The notes beneath the pieces are model-generated. The model did no database searches. It was not told the origin of the DNA and was given only the letters and a program-made list of their open reading frames with translations. The translations under genes and the position numbers were made by a program. Shown piece by piece: positions 9,101 through 21,400 of a DNA stretch of 64,000 nt. Source of the DNA: a bacterium. Its GTDB lineage: Bacteria > Electryoneota > JAOADG01. The DNA lies in the NCBI GenBank assembly GCA_963681965.1, contig OY820579.1, forward strand, positions 928,001 to 992,000, in the 5' to 3' direction. Numbering within the stretch: position 1 is the stretch's first letter; each line of letters opens with the position of its first letter.

Positions 9101-11644
9101 CTACTTCACCAGTACGATCTTCCGAGCGGCATTGAACGATCCGGCGTGCATCCTGACAAAATAGACCCCGCTGGACAACCGCGTTCCGTTGACGGTCGCA
9201 GTATAGGTGCCCGCTTTCATTTCGCCTTCCGCCAGTTTCGTGACCTGCTGACCCATCATGTTGAAGAGTGCGACACTAACTTTTGCCCGATAGGGTACCG
9301 CAAATTTGATTTCGGTTGTCGGGTTGAATGGATTGGGATAGGCATCATAGAGTGCAAAGTTGCCCGGCATCGTTGCCGTAACAATTTCCTTCACGTCGGT
9401 ACCGCGAGTTGTTAGCACGTGAATTCGGAATGCCATAATATTGGAATCGGTCAGTGCGATTCCAGTGTAATGATAGCTATGAGATCGAATATACGGCTCG
9501 TCGAAATTGTGTCCGACAATCATCAGAGTATCGGTGGTCGAACTGCGTTCGATCGACACATAGAAATTACCCCAATGATTAACGATCGGGTCGGTGAGTG
9601 TGCAAGTATACCAGTTCGATAAAGTCGAATCGCGCGGTACTGCGATGTCTTGAGTTCGAATCACCGCACCGGGCTGACCATTGAGATCTTCGTATACTTT
9701 AATGGTTGCTGATCGGGTTTCACCAACCGGAATTTCCGGGCGACCGTTGAACTGCATCCGCACAGCGGTAATGGTCAATGTCGAAGTAATCGAATCCGAC
9801 ATCGGTGTGAAGCGCACGATCGGATAATTGGTCGAGGTGATATTCCATGCGTGTGTGAACCGGCGCGAATCGTAGCCGAGTTCGTATGTATTAGTCGCAC
9901 GTACCGTAACGGAGTCATGAATTAAGAGTTGTGAGTTGTAGAAACTGGTTGAATCGTTCCCATGGGTCGTGTCGTCGGTAACACCCGCTAGATATGCGTC
10001 TACCATAAAGTTACCGGCAGCGGTCGGGGTCCAGCCCAAAGCATTCCGACCAGTGGAGCCGGTGCGTAATGTGATTACGGTATCGAGATTGATACGGAGC
10101 GCTGGAACGGTGATTGCCGGGAACATGGCGCGATTGCGTCGCCAATAAAATCCGACATCGGTTTCGGGCATGCGTCCGTTATTCAACATATGAATCGATC
10201 CACGCGTCAGGAAACCTACTGTGGTTGGATAGGGCAGGAACATTTTCGCTAACCCAACTTCGTGATCGGGTTGGTTGGACGAATAGAAGAAGATGTCGTC
10301 CAGATGCATTCCCGTACCTTGATCGCCATTGTGAAAATCGCCGTAGACGATAAAGCGGATTTGAATGGTGTCGCCAGACCACGGTGTCAGATCCATTTGA
10401 TCGTTAGGAGAAGTGTTATTGGTCGGGAACGGATCGCCTGCCACGTAAGTGTGCCAGCGTTCGCCACCGTAATAGGAACGGCGGTAGTCGTGATGTTGAT
10501 ACGTCCATCCACTGTCCGGATGAGTGTCTTTGATTTGAACGCGGTAATAATGTCGGAGCGAATTTTCCGAGCCGGGGATATTCGGATCGTTGATGACCGA
10601 ATCCATCAGATCGCAAAATACGTTATACTGCCAATAATGGCGGCTTCCCGATGGAAGGAAAATCGGCGGCGATGTCAACGCACAATACGGACCGTCGTGA
10701 TTTTCTTCGATCATTACGCAATGTGTCGGTGAGTGCCCGGCACTATCGTCGGTAGCAACGTGAAATACGGTTTGTGAAACGGCACCATTGACCGGAGTAA
10801 AATCTGCCGGAATGGCAACGTTGTCGCCGTTGTTGTCCAATAAAACCGTAGCGCCATTCGTCACGCGAATCGAGTCGACACATAAACCGAACCATGCGTG
10901 ATTCGCGGTTGTCGTATCGGCTGTACAAGCGCCTGGATCAGAGGCAAAAGTAAATCGGAAACGGAAGTTTGCAACGCGTGCCGCAGTTGGAATTGGTACT
11001 GATACGGAATGCCAACCGACGGAGTTACCGCCCCAACCGCCAATACCGGTACCCATTCCGAAGGAGTACCCAAAAGCATAAGACGATGTCACATTATACA
11101 AGAAGCCTGTTGCACCCGATGTTTGTGTGATCGGGAGAACCGACCAAGTAAGACCGCTATCGATCGAGTACCAGACGTTGGAAGCATCCCATCCGTCGTA
11201 ACCGGGAATATCGACCCCTTCCGGTGGCTCGGAATTTTGATTGATCTGGAACGATAACACTGGATTGGATAGACCGGAAAGGTTGAGAACCGGTGAAACA
11301 AGATGTTCCATGTGTTCATCGAAATAGCCGCCGTTGGGAAAGTGAACGGTATCGCCGGCATTCCATGATCGACCAGTATTGCCCAAGGCATTGCGACGAT
11401 CCTTGTGAAAATTTGGCAAACTGTCGGTAAAGTTCGTCACAGTCCAGCCTTGTAAGCCTGTTTCGAAGTTGAAGTTCGCGACTGTATCGACATTAATTTC
11501 ATCGGAAGCGGAAACCGGTGTTCCGTTTCGATACATTGCCGGTACCGAATGGAAAGTTTCCATTTTCAATGACGGTTCAAATTGCGAAGCTGCTAGCACG
11601 GTTCCCACGAACGCTAGGATCGCAATGAATACCCATGATTTCAT
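9101..11644 (-). CDS. Secreted T9SS-CTD protein with MAM/jelly-roll-like beta-sandwich domains and a CARDB-like domain
   Basis: Sec signal; FNFETG..GW, LVSPVLNLS, YSIDSG.TW, FRFRF..D...VDSI and a second copy (LTSP, IQIRF, LDDI); C-terminal AYPNPFNPTT...SSGVYF...KIVLVK. Confidence 0.75.
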   Translation of the reverse strand: MKSWVFIAILAFVGTVLAASQFEPSLKMETFHSVPAMYRNGTPVSASDEINVDTVANFNFETGLQGWTVTNFTDSLPNFHKDRRNALGNTGRSWNAGDTVHFPNGGYFDEHMEHLVSPVLNLSGLSNPVLSFQINQNSEPPEGVDIPGYDGWDASNVWYSIDSGLTWSVLPITQTSGATGFLYNVTSSYAFGYSFGMGTGIGGWGGNSVGWHSVSVPIPTAARVANFRFRFTFASDPGACTADTTTANHAWFGLCVDSIRVTNGATVLLDNNGDNVAIPADFTPVNGAVSQTVFHVATDDSAGHSPTHCVMIEENHDGPYCALTSPPIFLPSGSRHYWQYNVFCDLMDSVINDPNIPGSENSLRHYYRVQIKDTHPDSGWTYQHHDYRRSYYGGERWHTYVAGDPFPTNNTSPNDQMDLTPWSGDTIQIRFIVYGDFHNGDQGTGMHLDDIFFYSSNQPDHEVGLAKMFLPYPTTVGFLTRGSIHMLNNGRMPETDVGFYWRRNRAMFPAITVPALRINLDTVITLRTGSTGRNALGWTPTAAGNFMVDAYLAGVTDDTTHGNDSTSFYNSQLLIHDSVTVRATNTYELGYDSRRFTHAWNITSTNYPIVRFTPMSDSITSTLTITAVRMQFNGRPEIPVGETRSATIKVYEDLNGQPGAVIRTQDIAVPRDSTLSNWYTCTLTDPIVNHWGNFYVSIERSSTTDTLMIVGHNFDEPYIRSHSYHYTGIALTDSNIMAFRIHVLTTRGTDVKEIVTATMPGNFALYDAYPNPFNPTTEIKFAVPYRAKVSVALFNMMGQQVTKLAEGEMKAGTYTATVNGTRLSSGVYFVRMHAGSFNAARKIVLVK

Positions 11645-11800
11645 ACACTTATCCTTTCACGAGATCAGACCATCGGGGTACAAAGATAATATCAGATTTG
11701 TTGCAAAAGAGTACATTTTCCAAGGTAGCGTGTTTGTCGAATTACCGCAAGTAAATTGGACGTATTGGGTCATTTTATCCAATTTCAGGATAGTTGGGAC

Positions 11801-11838
11801 AAACAAAAACAGCGCTCCATCAGCGCTGTTTTTGTTTT
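11801..11838 (-). terminator. Intrinsic terminator after the DUF5723-like gene
   Basis: AAACAAAAACAGCGCT-ccatc-AGCGCTGTTTTTGTTT perfect inverted repeat. Confidence 0.8.
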
Positions 11839-11852
11839 TGAAATTTTCACAA

Positions 11853-13130
11853 TTACAGTAAAACACTGTGTGATAAAGCGATACTGAATCCTTTCGCTGA
11901 ACCAAATATCCCGCGTTCGTACCCACCTGAAAGATCAAGCCGATAACTAGGTAATCGCAATCCAGCACCCAGTTGAATTTCAAAACTAGTAGACCCACCG
12001 AACGAAAAACCACCACGGATGGGGTATTTTTCGAATTTGCCGTACTCGGACCCGAGAGCCAGTTTCATTTTCTTCGAACCGCCAACCATGGTTGCTTCAT
12101 CGTCGAGACCTTGTTCGATACTGCCAACAAACAACCAGTCCTTATTCAACCGATAATCAGCACCAATTAGCAAGTACGGAGGAAGGCGCATGTCGACGGT
12201 ACCATTTTCACTATTGGTACCGCTTTTATAGTTTGCCCAGCGTTCGAAAAATCCTTCTTTTGTCAAACTATCGACCGGAATACCTTTTGAATCGACATTA
12301 AATGAATTGGAACGCACTTTCGCTTTGTCCCAATTAACGCGACCGGAAAGATTCATAATCGACAAAGACCAACCCCAATTGTCATCCTGGCGTGATGCGA
12401 CACCTAAATCGAGGTCGATTCCATCGCCTGATGTAGAATAGGCAGAGACAATATCGCCATGAAGCGAGACGGTATCAGGCTGAACATTGGTAAGGATCGA
12501 ACCGGTGCTCTTGCGAATACCGCCGTAAGCGTGACCGATAATGTATTTTACGGTTAATCCAACAGCGAATTCCTTCGCAAAGTCCATTTCTTCGAACGAT
12601 TTTCCGAACGACAGATTGAGTGCTGTTCCAGCCCAACCGCCGCCTTTTAGATTGGATAAATCGTAACTTACACCGGGTTTGTTTCCGCTGAGTGCAAGTA
12701 CCATGACTTGCTGGGGAATCTCGCCGTTCATTGCCCCGACCGCATCCAATGCTACGACGAAATTACGGTATTGATATGCCGCACCAGTACCGACATCGGC
12801 AGCAAACCGGAAATCGTCGGACATTGCATCGGTAAACGTTTTCCGCTCGGATGCCGTCCAATATCGGTCTTGTTGGAACCAATTAGCGAGTTCGGAGGTT
12901 TTGATCGCATTGTTACCGATGTGATAAACGAAACCGGGCAATTGAATCGACTGATAGGGACCACCACGCAAAGCAAGCAACGCAGGATTGACAAACCGTG
13001 CTTCAGCGCCGCGGATATTTGAAATTCCCGCGCCAGCGGTACCGTTGATCATGCCCGATGGTGGACGCGAAGCGAACACAATTTGAACGACCATGAGTGT
13101 TGCCAGAAGGAGGAGGAAAAGTCGCTTCAT
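11853..13130 (-). CDS. Outer-membrane beta-barrel, DUF5723 / PorV-FadL-like
   Basis: Signal peptide, 'FVNPALLA' N-terminal motif, VGLTVKYIIG, G.DLDLG, amphipathic beta strands; overlaps the upstream lipoprotein stop codon (TAATG). Confidence 0.65.
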   Translation of the reverse strand: MKRLFLLLLATLMVVQIVFASRPPSGMINGTAGAGISNIRGAEARFVNPALLALRGGPYQSIQLPGFVYHIGNNAIKTSELANWFQQDRYWTASERKTFTDAMSDDFRFAADVGTGAAYQYRNFVVALDAVGAMNGEIPQQVMVLALSGNKPGVSYDLSNLKGGGWAGTALNLSFGKSFEEMDFAKEFAVGLTVKYIIGHAYGGIRKSTGSILTNVQPDTVSLHGDIVSAYSTSGDGIDLDLGVASRQDDNWGWSLSIMNLSGRVNWDKAKVRSNSFNVDSKGIPVDSLTKEGFFERWANYKSGTNSENGTVDMRLPPYLLIGADYRLNKDWLFVGSIEQGLDDEATMVGGSKKMKLALGSEYGKFEKYPIRGGFSFGGSTSFEIQLGAGLRLPSYRLDLSGGYERGIFGSAKGFSIALSHSVLL

Positions 13131-15325
13131 TATTGGACCTCCCCGGTATTTACTACTAGTGTGGCAGCAGTCTTGATCCGTATGAAATCCTGTACGTTGC
13201 CAAAGATTTTCGTCCGAACCGTATCGTGCGTAACGGGATTAATAGAGTCAGTGCCAGCCACCGTACGTAATGGTCTTGTTCCGGTTAATGACAATTTCGC
13301 ACGGGTGTAAAACTGAGGTGCTTTGAAATAATTTACCAGTGAATCGCGGATGATAAACGTTGACGTTTTCGAAACGGGGGAGATGGCTCTGTGTGTCGTA
13401 GGGGATATCTCCGGAGTAGGAATAATATCACTTCCTATCGTTCTCCATCCATTGGTATCAGTTGAGTCTTTACTTATCTGAACCGTTATTGTACCACCGA
13501 TTGGTAAATGATTCTCGCTCTGCACAATTAAGTTGATTTGCTGAAGCGGTCGATCTTGTCCCTCACGACCTTCTGGATCGGGAATTAAGGTCTGTGGATC
13601 CAGCGAGAAATACATCGGTCCTTCAAGAGTGGCGTGTCCCGATACCGCAGCGTTTTCCGAGACCCGCATCCGTCCGGTAGAGGGGATATACTGACGACCG
13701 AGGTAAACTTTACCAGTCGAAACAACCCGCTCGGGAACGATATTCAGGATTCCCTGAACACCGGGAATGCGAACAGAACTAGCCAGTGTCGGGAAATATT
13801 GATTGGTCGTATCCCATGCGGCATTGCGACCATTCGGTGCATAGGCACGAAGGTGATAATCCATTTTAACCGGGATTGTCGAGTCTGCGTCTCCCGTCAC
13901 TCTCGGAGATACAACCAAGTACGCCGATTCCATCCCCAAATTCGTGACGCCGTTGGGGCGATTGGTTACGGTCGTCGTGGTCGAATCGAAATCGAATGTG
14001 ACGGAATAGGGAATACCGTCAAAGTTAGAGAAATACGTCTTTCCTAAGTTGTAGCGAATATCAATGCCGTCGGTTGGTCGGATGCTAGCCATATTCGGTG
14101 CCAGTACTGGATGAGTATAAGCAAGTCCATAAGTCTTGAAGCGTTGAACCGAGTCCGGACTAATTTTAATTTTCGAAAGCTGTAAGTCAATCGAATCGGA
14201 ATACGATGTCAAACGTGGAAGCGAATGCGGAATTTTCCACACGAGCGTGTCATAAACCGTTGGTTGTGACGCTCTTGGCTGGGAAAAATCGCGGAAGACG
14301 ATTTTCAACGAGTCCAACGTTACATCAAGTCGATTAGTGATTGTTAAAAAGATTTTACCACGTTTCACTTCGGCAGCGTAAATCCGGTCGTTAATTCCAG
14401 TTTCAAGGCTGGTATCGGCGCTTGCAACCTGTCTGGGAACTGCTGCACGGGTCTCCGAAACGCGGATTCGATTGGTTATCAATTGAACGTTTATACTGTC
14501 ACGGGAAGTCAAGGTGACCGGGGTTGAACCGGCACGAATTATTCCTTTGCCGCGCAACACCATCATCGAATCAATCCTGGTACCGGACGGAACCTCCATA
14601 TTGATAATGGTATCGCGACCTGCTGCAAGGGTGCGAATAGTGTCGGATACTGCCAATCGGGTCGAGTCTGAGTAGCGAAGTAATTCGAAGTGAATGTTTT
14701 CCATCTTAGTCGGCATATCGTTATTTACGATTGCCATCATCCGACCGGTACCCCACAATAAGTAGGTAAAATAAACAAAATTGGATCCACCACTCTGGTC
14801 GTACTTGTACATAGTATCGATTGCAAGAGATTGATTCGCTGCAATTGTCCGGTTAAGAATACCCATCCGCGAAGGCTTGAAGCTCAATTCACCGCAAAAC
14901 AGCGAATCCAACATGATTGTGCTAATATTATAAGTGAAAGTGCGTGGATCTTGGGCATCCGAACTAAGTTTATCGACAAAGGTTTTCGGTTCGATGTTGC
15001 CGGTGACGTAAAAGACCAGCGAATCATTCAAACTGTAAAACCCGTGATCGTGCGCACTCCTCACGGAATCGATGCGGTAATCGTTGGCGTTCGTGACTTC
15101 TAGGTCGATTAAGTCTTTGAGATAGTAAGTACGTTCGGCAAATGGTATCGTTATCGGAAAATCCCATTTTGGCTTATCCGGAATTTTAAAACAACCGGCT
15201 ATGATCAACGCAAACAGCAAGGTGAAAAGCGCTATCACACCCAATCGTTTGTGATACAATTGTGCCGGTGGATGTGCGTTTTTATCCGGAATAGGATCGG
15301 AATGATTGGGAGTAGATGAAATCAT
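13130..15325 (-). CDS. Large beta-rich lipoprotein, hypothetical
   Basis: Hydrophobic helix ending in lipobox LIIAGC, followed by P.WD..I.IP; RBS GAGGA; lies between sprA and the DUF5723-like gene. Confidence 0.7.
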   Translation of the reverse strand: MISSTPNHSDPIPDKNAHPPAQLYHKRLGVIALFTLLFALIIAGCFKIPDKPKWDFPITIPFAERTYYLKDLIDLEVTNANDYRIDSVRSAHDHGFYSLNDSLVFYVTGNIEPKTFVDKLSSDAQDPRTFTYNISTIMLDSLFCGELSFKPSRMGILNRTIAANQSLAIDTMYKYDQSGGSNFVYFTYLLWGTGRMMAIVNNDMPTKMENIHFELLRYSDSTRLAVSDTIRTLAAGRDTIINMEVPSGTRIDSMMVLRGKGIIRAGSTPVTLTSRDSINVQLITNRIRVSETRAAVPRQVASADTSLETGINDRIYAAEVKRGKIFLTITNRLDVTLDSLKIVFRDFSQPRASQPTVYDTLVWKIPHSLPRLTSYSDSIDLQLSKIKISPDSVQRFKTYGLAYTHPVLAPNMASIRPTDGIDIRYNLGKTYFSNFDGIPYSVTFDFDSTTTTVTNRPNGVTNLGMESAYLVVSPRVTGDADSTIPVKMDYHLRAYAPNGRNAAWDTTNQYFPTLASSVRIPGVQGILNIVPERVVSTGKVYLGRQYIPSTGRMRVSENAAVSGHATLEGPMYFSLDPQTLIPDPEGREGQDRPLQQINLIVQSENHLPIGGTITVQISKDSTDTNGWRTIGSDIIPTPEISPTTHRAISPVSKTSTFIIRDSLVNYFKAPQFYTRAKLSLTGTRPLRTVAGTDSINPVTHDTVRTKIFGNVQDFIRIKTAATLVVNTGEVQ

Positions 15326-15441
15326 GGAAATTCCTCAACAAGGAGTGGCTCGTACTTGAATCGACACAAATGTATACCCATTGGTTAAATATAGTACGAC
15401 TTTTTTTTTCGTTTCGCTCTGTAAAAAGGAAAAATTTCCAA

Positions 15442-18400
15442 TTATCCCCGAATTTCGATACGGACATTAAACTTGAATGCATTGATTCTAGTGGTTCCGC
15501 CTGATGTGCTCTTGGTCACACCATAGTCGTACTGTACGTACCCGGTGACTGTTCGACTGAAAGTTACAGTGACTTTGGGAGTGAAGGTGTAAGTCGATGT
15601 ATTCAACGTTTCAACGAAACCACCCCATCCCGCTGAGGAATGGTTGTTTTGTTCGGTTGTCGACGATGTCTCGTTGAACCCGACCGATATTTCGGTCTGA
15701 TTTTTGAATCGTTTGCCGTTGAATGGCCAAAACTGGAAGGGAAGCCGGAATCCTTGTTGAAAAGTGTACCCGGTTGCGAGTGCCAACGCTTTTTGGGTCG
15801 TGCGCTGACGACTGACATTTCCAAGGTGCCCGTCGGAGAAATTACTGGTAATCGTGTACCGGGCTGTGGAAGAAATTCCTTTCTTCCATTGAACGTTGAC
15901 ACCGATCAACGGATTCCAATTCGTCGAATAAGCAACGCTGCTTAATGTGTTACGCGACTGTTGTGTCGCAGAGTATGTCGCTAGCGATGATGCTTGATAT
16001 CCATTTTCCAGAGTCACCGTTTGCGTTACTGCTTTCCACGGACCGAGAGTTTCCAGACCCGACCAGCGAATCGAAAAGTTCGGTACATCAATTTCGGTCG
16101 GTACATCATCCCCTTTTTGTAAGAGGAACACACTCTTTTTCAACGATTGACTGGGAGTGATCGAAATATTCTCGGTTCGTAACCATGAATGGTCGAGACT
16201 GATCGAAAAATTGTCCGATAAATGGAAGCCTGATCGAGTCGCATACTCGCGCGTTAAAGTCGCCGTTGGAGCTGTTGGAATTGCCGTTGCAGTGGATACC
16301 GAACCCAATCCCGGAGTGTTGATCAAACCCAACTGGAAGCGATAATCTGCCTGTCCGTCTTTGACAGCGTAGACTTGATAAGTACGCCGTCGACTGACAT
16401 TAACCGAGATGTCGTCGAGTCGATCGACGATAGCCCAAAGGAAATCAAGTTTCGATTTTGGTCTTTTACTGTCATCGGTTTTCGACGTCGAGGTGGAATC
16501 CGATTGATTCGCTCGAGCACGTCCGGGACGGCTTAGGTCGTTGATCGACTGAGTTTGAGTCGGTGTTGAGGCCGTCGGAGTCGACACTGGCGGAGGAACT
16601 ACTGCCGTTTGCGACTTTCCACTCAAATCGATCGGAGTTGTCGTTATCGGGTTGGTTAGAGTTGGATTTTTTGGGTCGAAGGTCGAAGTGTTTTTCGTAT
16701 CGCCCATCGGATTCTTGGTATCGATTGGCGTGATACCGGGCATCGGTGATTGGAATTTGGAAGTATCCATTCCTGGTGCGTTGTCATGCTCAACCGGACG
16801 TGAATACGCGCTGGCGGATCGTCCCAGCAATCGTCCTAAGCGAAGCGTATATACTTGATTGGCACCGCTTGCGGTTTGCACGTTACGACTTGTTGCCGTG
16901 GGTTGTTGCCACGACCACGAATAAGCGGAAGAATAAGTGTAATCAGTTGTCAACCATTCGAAAAGTTGTGGATTCCAACTTGCCGAGACGTTTTGATCGC
17001 GTTGTTTCGCTCGGAAATAGTACCCACCGAATTTTTCGAATACATCGGAACGCGGTTTCGGCAGTTGTTGGACTAGTGAATCGGGCAATGTCGGTTCCGG
17101 GGCTAAAGAATCGGCGCCATGGAACAATGAATCGTTGAGGTCGACGCCGGCAGCAGCATACGCTATCTTAAATCGGTCGCGGGACGATTTTACGGCTTCC
17201 GAAGCGATCGAAAGCGAATAATCGAGATTCATATTCTGAAATAACCGTATTCCGGTAGCATACCGTTTGGTTATTCCAAATGCCCAGGTGGAAGTTGGAA
17301 CGCCACTAGTGATTGCCGAGCCGGTCTGCTCTGAACCGTCGACTCCGAACGATAATCGATTGGGAAGATAGCCGATTTCAGTACTGTCGATTTCACGCAG
17401 GATCGGAATCTTCGATGTCCAACGCAACGGTTTCACGCTGTTGGGAATGTCGATCGGTATGGTCAAATTGAAGCCGCCCGAACGGGTTCGCGACTTATTG
17501 AAAGGTGCCAGCGGACCGGCGTTGTACGATTCCGCGTGATTGTAAGAGATTGTCCAGCGATTGACGAGCCATTTTTCCCACCACTCTTCCGGAGGGGTCG
17601 TGCGCGAGAAATTCGAAACACCGATGGAATATCCCTTTGACAACGTCAACAGCGTATCGGCGTTGCCCTGCCGTTTTTTCAGATCGAGTAGATTCAGGTT
17701 CGTCAAATATCGCCAATAAGGTTTCCATACCGGTTCGCTTTTACCGGTTAAGCGATCAAGTGAGATGTCGCCGTCGTACAAGTAATCGGGTCGGGTAATC
17801 GTCTGGTTGTATGTCATCGTCACTGGAAAATTCAATCCCAACGACTTCGGGATAAATTCGGTTCCCTGAATCGTTGCCGATGCCATACCGGTGAGCGAAG
17901 AACTATGCGATCCACTGCGAACATTCACATTGTGGAAATTCCCGTCAGTTTGCGACATCGACATCGAGAGACCAACGATGTGTGCCATGTCGATGTTGGT
18001 CGAGACCCGGTATGCCGTTCCGGGAGTGCGTTTGACATCGGTTACCCGCAATTCGTCTGCCCAAACTTCCACATTGTCCGTTTCGGCAATATTTCGTCCA
18101 CGGTTTTCGATTGCGACCGCCATAAACGTAATCGTTTTCAAGGTCGGTTGCTGGCTGGGTCGACCGATGACACGTAATTCCGTTCCATCCGGCAAAAGGC
18201 GGGCTTGGGTAGGGTATGCCGTGTCGGTGCGAGCGGTCGTACGTGCCAACCACTCGTATTTCATCGTCGGCAAATCATCGAGATTGATATCGATTTTATT
18301 CCGCTCGTCCCACCCCGGATAGATCCGCTTTGATATTTCGTAATAGGCTCTGGTAGTATCGATACCCATCCGGAGTTTGAAGTATAGTTTGTACTTGTCG

Positions 18401-21400
18401 AATTCGTTGATTCGGGCGGCTCCGGAAGCGATCGGGAATGCACCGCCGTAGATGAACATTTTCAATTTCCGATAGTCGCGGAAACTCAACGGTTCGTACA
18501 GCGTTTTCACCAAATAACTGGTTTCGCCATTAAGCAGACCTTTTACTTTGATGCGAAGCGCTTGTTCTTTTAATCTGATATTGGTATTCGGATCCTCTTG
18601 ACCGGAAACACCGGGAGGGGGATTGTAGGTTTCGCGATTATCGTATGTATTCAAGACATCGGCTTCGAGATTGTACGGATGAAGATTGCGAGTCTGCACT
18701 GTTCCTGGCGGTTGCCATTCGTTCCCGACGATATCGACTTCAGCGAAGGCGACCGTTGTTTTCCGAATGCAATTGGTCAAACCGATGCGCGCATAAAAAA
18801 TGTTCTGCAGCGAAGGATTGCCGACGCGAATCGAATCGGCGATCGGAATACGATACAACCGCCAGCCGTAAATATTGTCTTGACCACCGACGACATATTT
18901 CGCATCATTCGATAGATCGACCACAAACCGATAAAAGTCGTCCTGAATATCCAGCGATCCGTTGCCGTTCAAATCCTCGGTATCGGGATACTGGTTGTCG
19001 TCTTTGTTTCCCTGAGTACCGTTAATATGGGTATAATCGTCGGGAGTATTGGGACTGTAATCAAAATTGTCGAATGAAAACGGTTCTTTCACCAGTCGTG
19101 TCTGATTGCCCAGTGTTATCGTTGCAGTGTCACGACTACCGTCGCCATTGAGGTCCCAATAATCGTAGAGACCAGTAACTGAGCCGTAGGGAGGATCCGG
19201 TAAACTGACACCGTCGATACCGGTATCGTCATTCTGACCGAGAATCGGATTCCGTACACTCGTACCGGCAATAAAACTTCCTTCTGCCATTACACTGTTA
19301 TTGTGCATTGGAATTTCACGTTCACTGATACGACCGAGATCGACGAACAGTTTTCCGGAACGTTGCGTATTACGAACCCACAGTTCGAGGTATTTGGATT
19401 CCGACTGATTTGCAAATCCCGATCCGAGATATTTCGTAATGGCTGCCCATGAATTTTGCGGATTCACCAGCGTATCCCACGGCGTGCTCCGGTTGAATTT
19501 CGGATCCACCGACAGTTCCATCGTTTGTACCGTGTTCGCAACGTTGCTGTTAACTTCCCGTGCCGGCCAAATATTCTTAACCGGTTCCTGATGGAACGGA
19601 TTGTACCACATGAACAATCTTGCTGGAAACGCGTCGAGTGTATCACCTGCCGGATTGAGCCCGGTAGTGAGTGGATATGCCGATAAGGTCCAACTTTGGC
19701 GCGTGAGTGGAAGCGGTATGATTCGTTTCGCGGACTCGAAATCGTCAACGTAAGCGACGCCGTTGTAGTCCCCGGTGGCATCATTGCTCATGTTGTTGGG
19801 ATTGGGAAAGACTTGCGCAATTTCACCTTCGATTTGTACACGGGAAGCTTCTTCGGTAGCTACGATCGGCAGTGCATCCATCGCTTTGGTTAAAAAGTCG
19901 GGTTTGAAAACCAGACGGGTGTTCACATCCCAGATCTTGTTGGAGATCGGTTCGCTACCGAGGCGAATCCGTTGATCGAGTGGTTTCTCGGTTAATGACA
20001 GAACGGTCGCACCAATGAATGACTCGTCCCATAATTCGTATTCTGCGCGAGCGCCGAGTAAAGTTTTCCGGTCGAGCTGAAAGATTTGACCGGATTCGTA
20101 AGTGACTTCGAGATCGGCGCCGGGGGTAGATGCGCCAGCATCGAGGATCGTCAGCGTACCGGAAAAATAATCGATCGTATAGTCGCGACCTCGGGACAAG
20201 GTTCGACCATTTAGCGTAACTTCTTCCGATCCTTCCAAAATACCGATACCAAGCTGCATGACATTGGATCGCGACCGGATATGAACTTCAATCGTGAATT
20301 TCGATTGTAACGACGATACTGATGATGGAGGAGTCGTGTAAATTTCCGGCTGCAGTAATAACGAATCAATAGCGCGAAAATCACCGATCGTTGGAACAGC
20401 ACTACCTCGGAAGTAGCCCGAGGGGCTGAATGGAGTTAAATCCGGAAATTTTAAGATGCCGTTGGTGAAATCGATGAAGCTAGCGATATTGTCGATTTTT
20501 CCGTCACCACCTGCAGCGGGAGTGTTATTCGGACCGAATTGATCGATTCCGAGTAAATTTGTGAAAAATACTCCACCCGCAGCATACTGCTTCGGATCGA
20601 GGTTCGTTCGATAAATCGTTCCCTCGAAACTTTCCGGTGTGATATTTGTCCCTTGCAACGAATACCAGTTCTTCAGCATGAACTTCCAAACATTGGAAGC
20701 CGGATCTTCGATATTACCCCGCAACAATTTTGTGACCAAGCGTGTATCGGTTTGTGCGCTATTCGTGAGGGTTCCGAAGATGTTCCCCTCACTGGTTCGA
20801 TAGGAGATGCCTAGAATGTCGCTTGCAGAAGCGGGAATCGATTGTTTCAGCGAAAGTATTCCGCGTTGTTTGTCGAGATCGTAATCGGTGCCTTCGACAA
20901 GTAGTTTGAAATTGCCGTAGAAATTATTGTGGGAATCCCAATTGATGGCGTTACTATCGACGTTTGCCGAATCCGGCGGATTTTCAAGTGCGAAACCCCA
21001 TCTTAAAACTTGTCCATTCGAGGTTCCGGAAACTGATTGGTAGACGTACGCTTCCAATACTTGGTGATTGGCAGGTACTAACGGCACCATATTGGCATCG
21101 AACCGGTTGAGATAATAGAGGAACGTCGTGTCCAGTACGAAGAATTGACCATGAGAGAAATTGACATCGGTAAGGATATGCGGTGTACTTTCCTCGCCCC
21201 CGGTTTTCTTCAGTTTATTCTTCTTTCCTTTTTCCAGTGATGCAATAGTTGTCAGTTTCAACGCACCGATTTTCGCGATACTTTTCAGTCCGAACAACCC
21301 CTTGTTCTGACCCGAAAATGTTGCCAGCGACGTTCCCGGAAGATCCAGTGCGATATTACCGGCTTCGATTTTCTGGATGATTTCGTCTTCAGTTCCGGTA

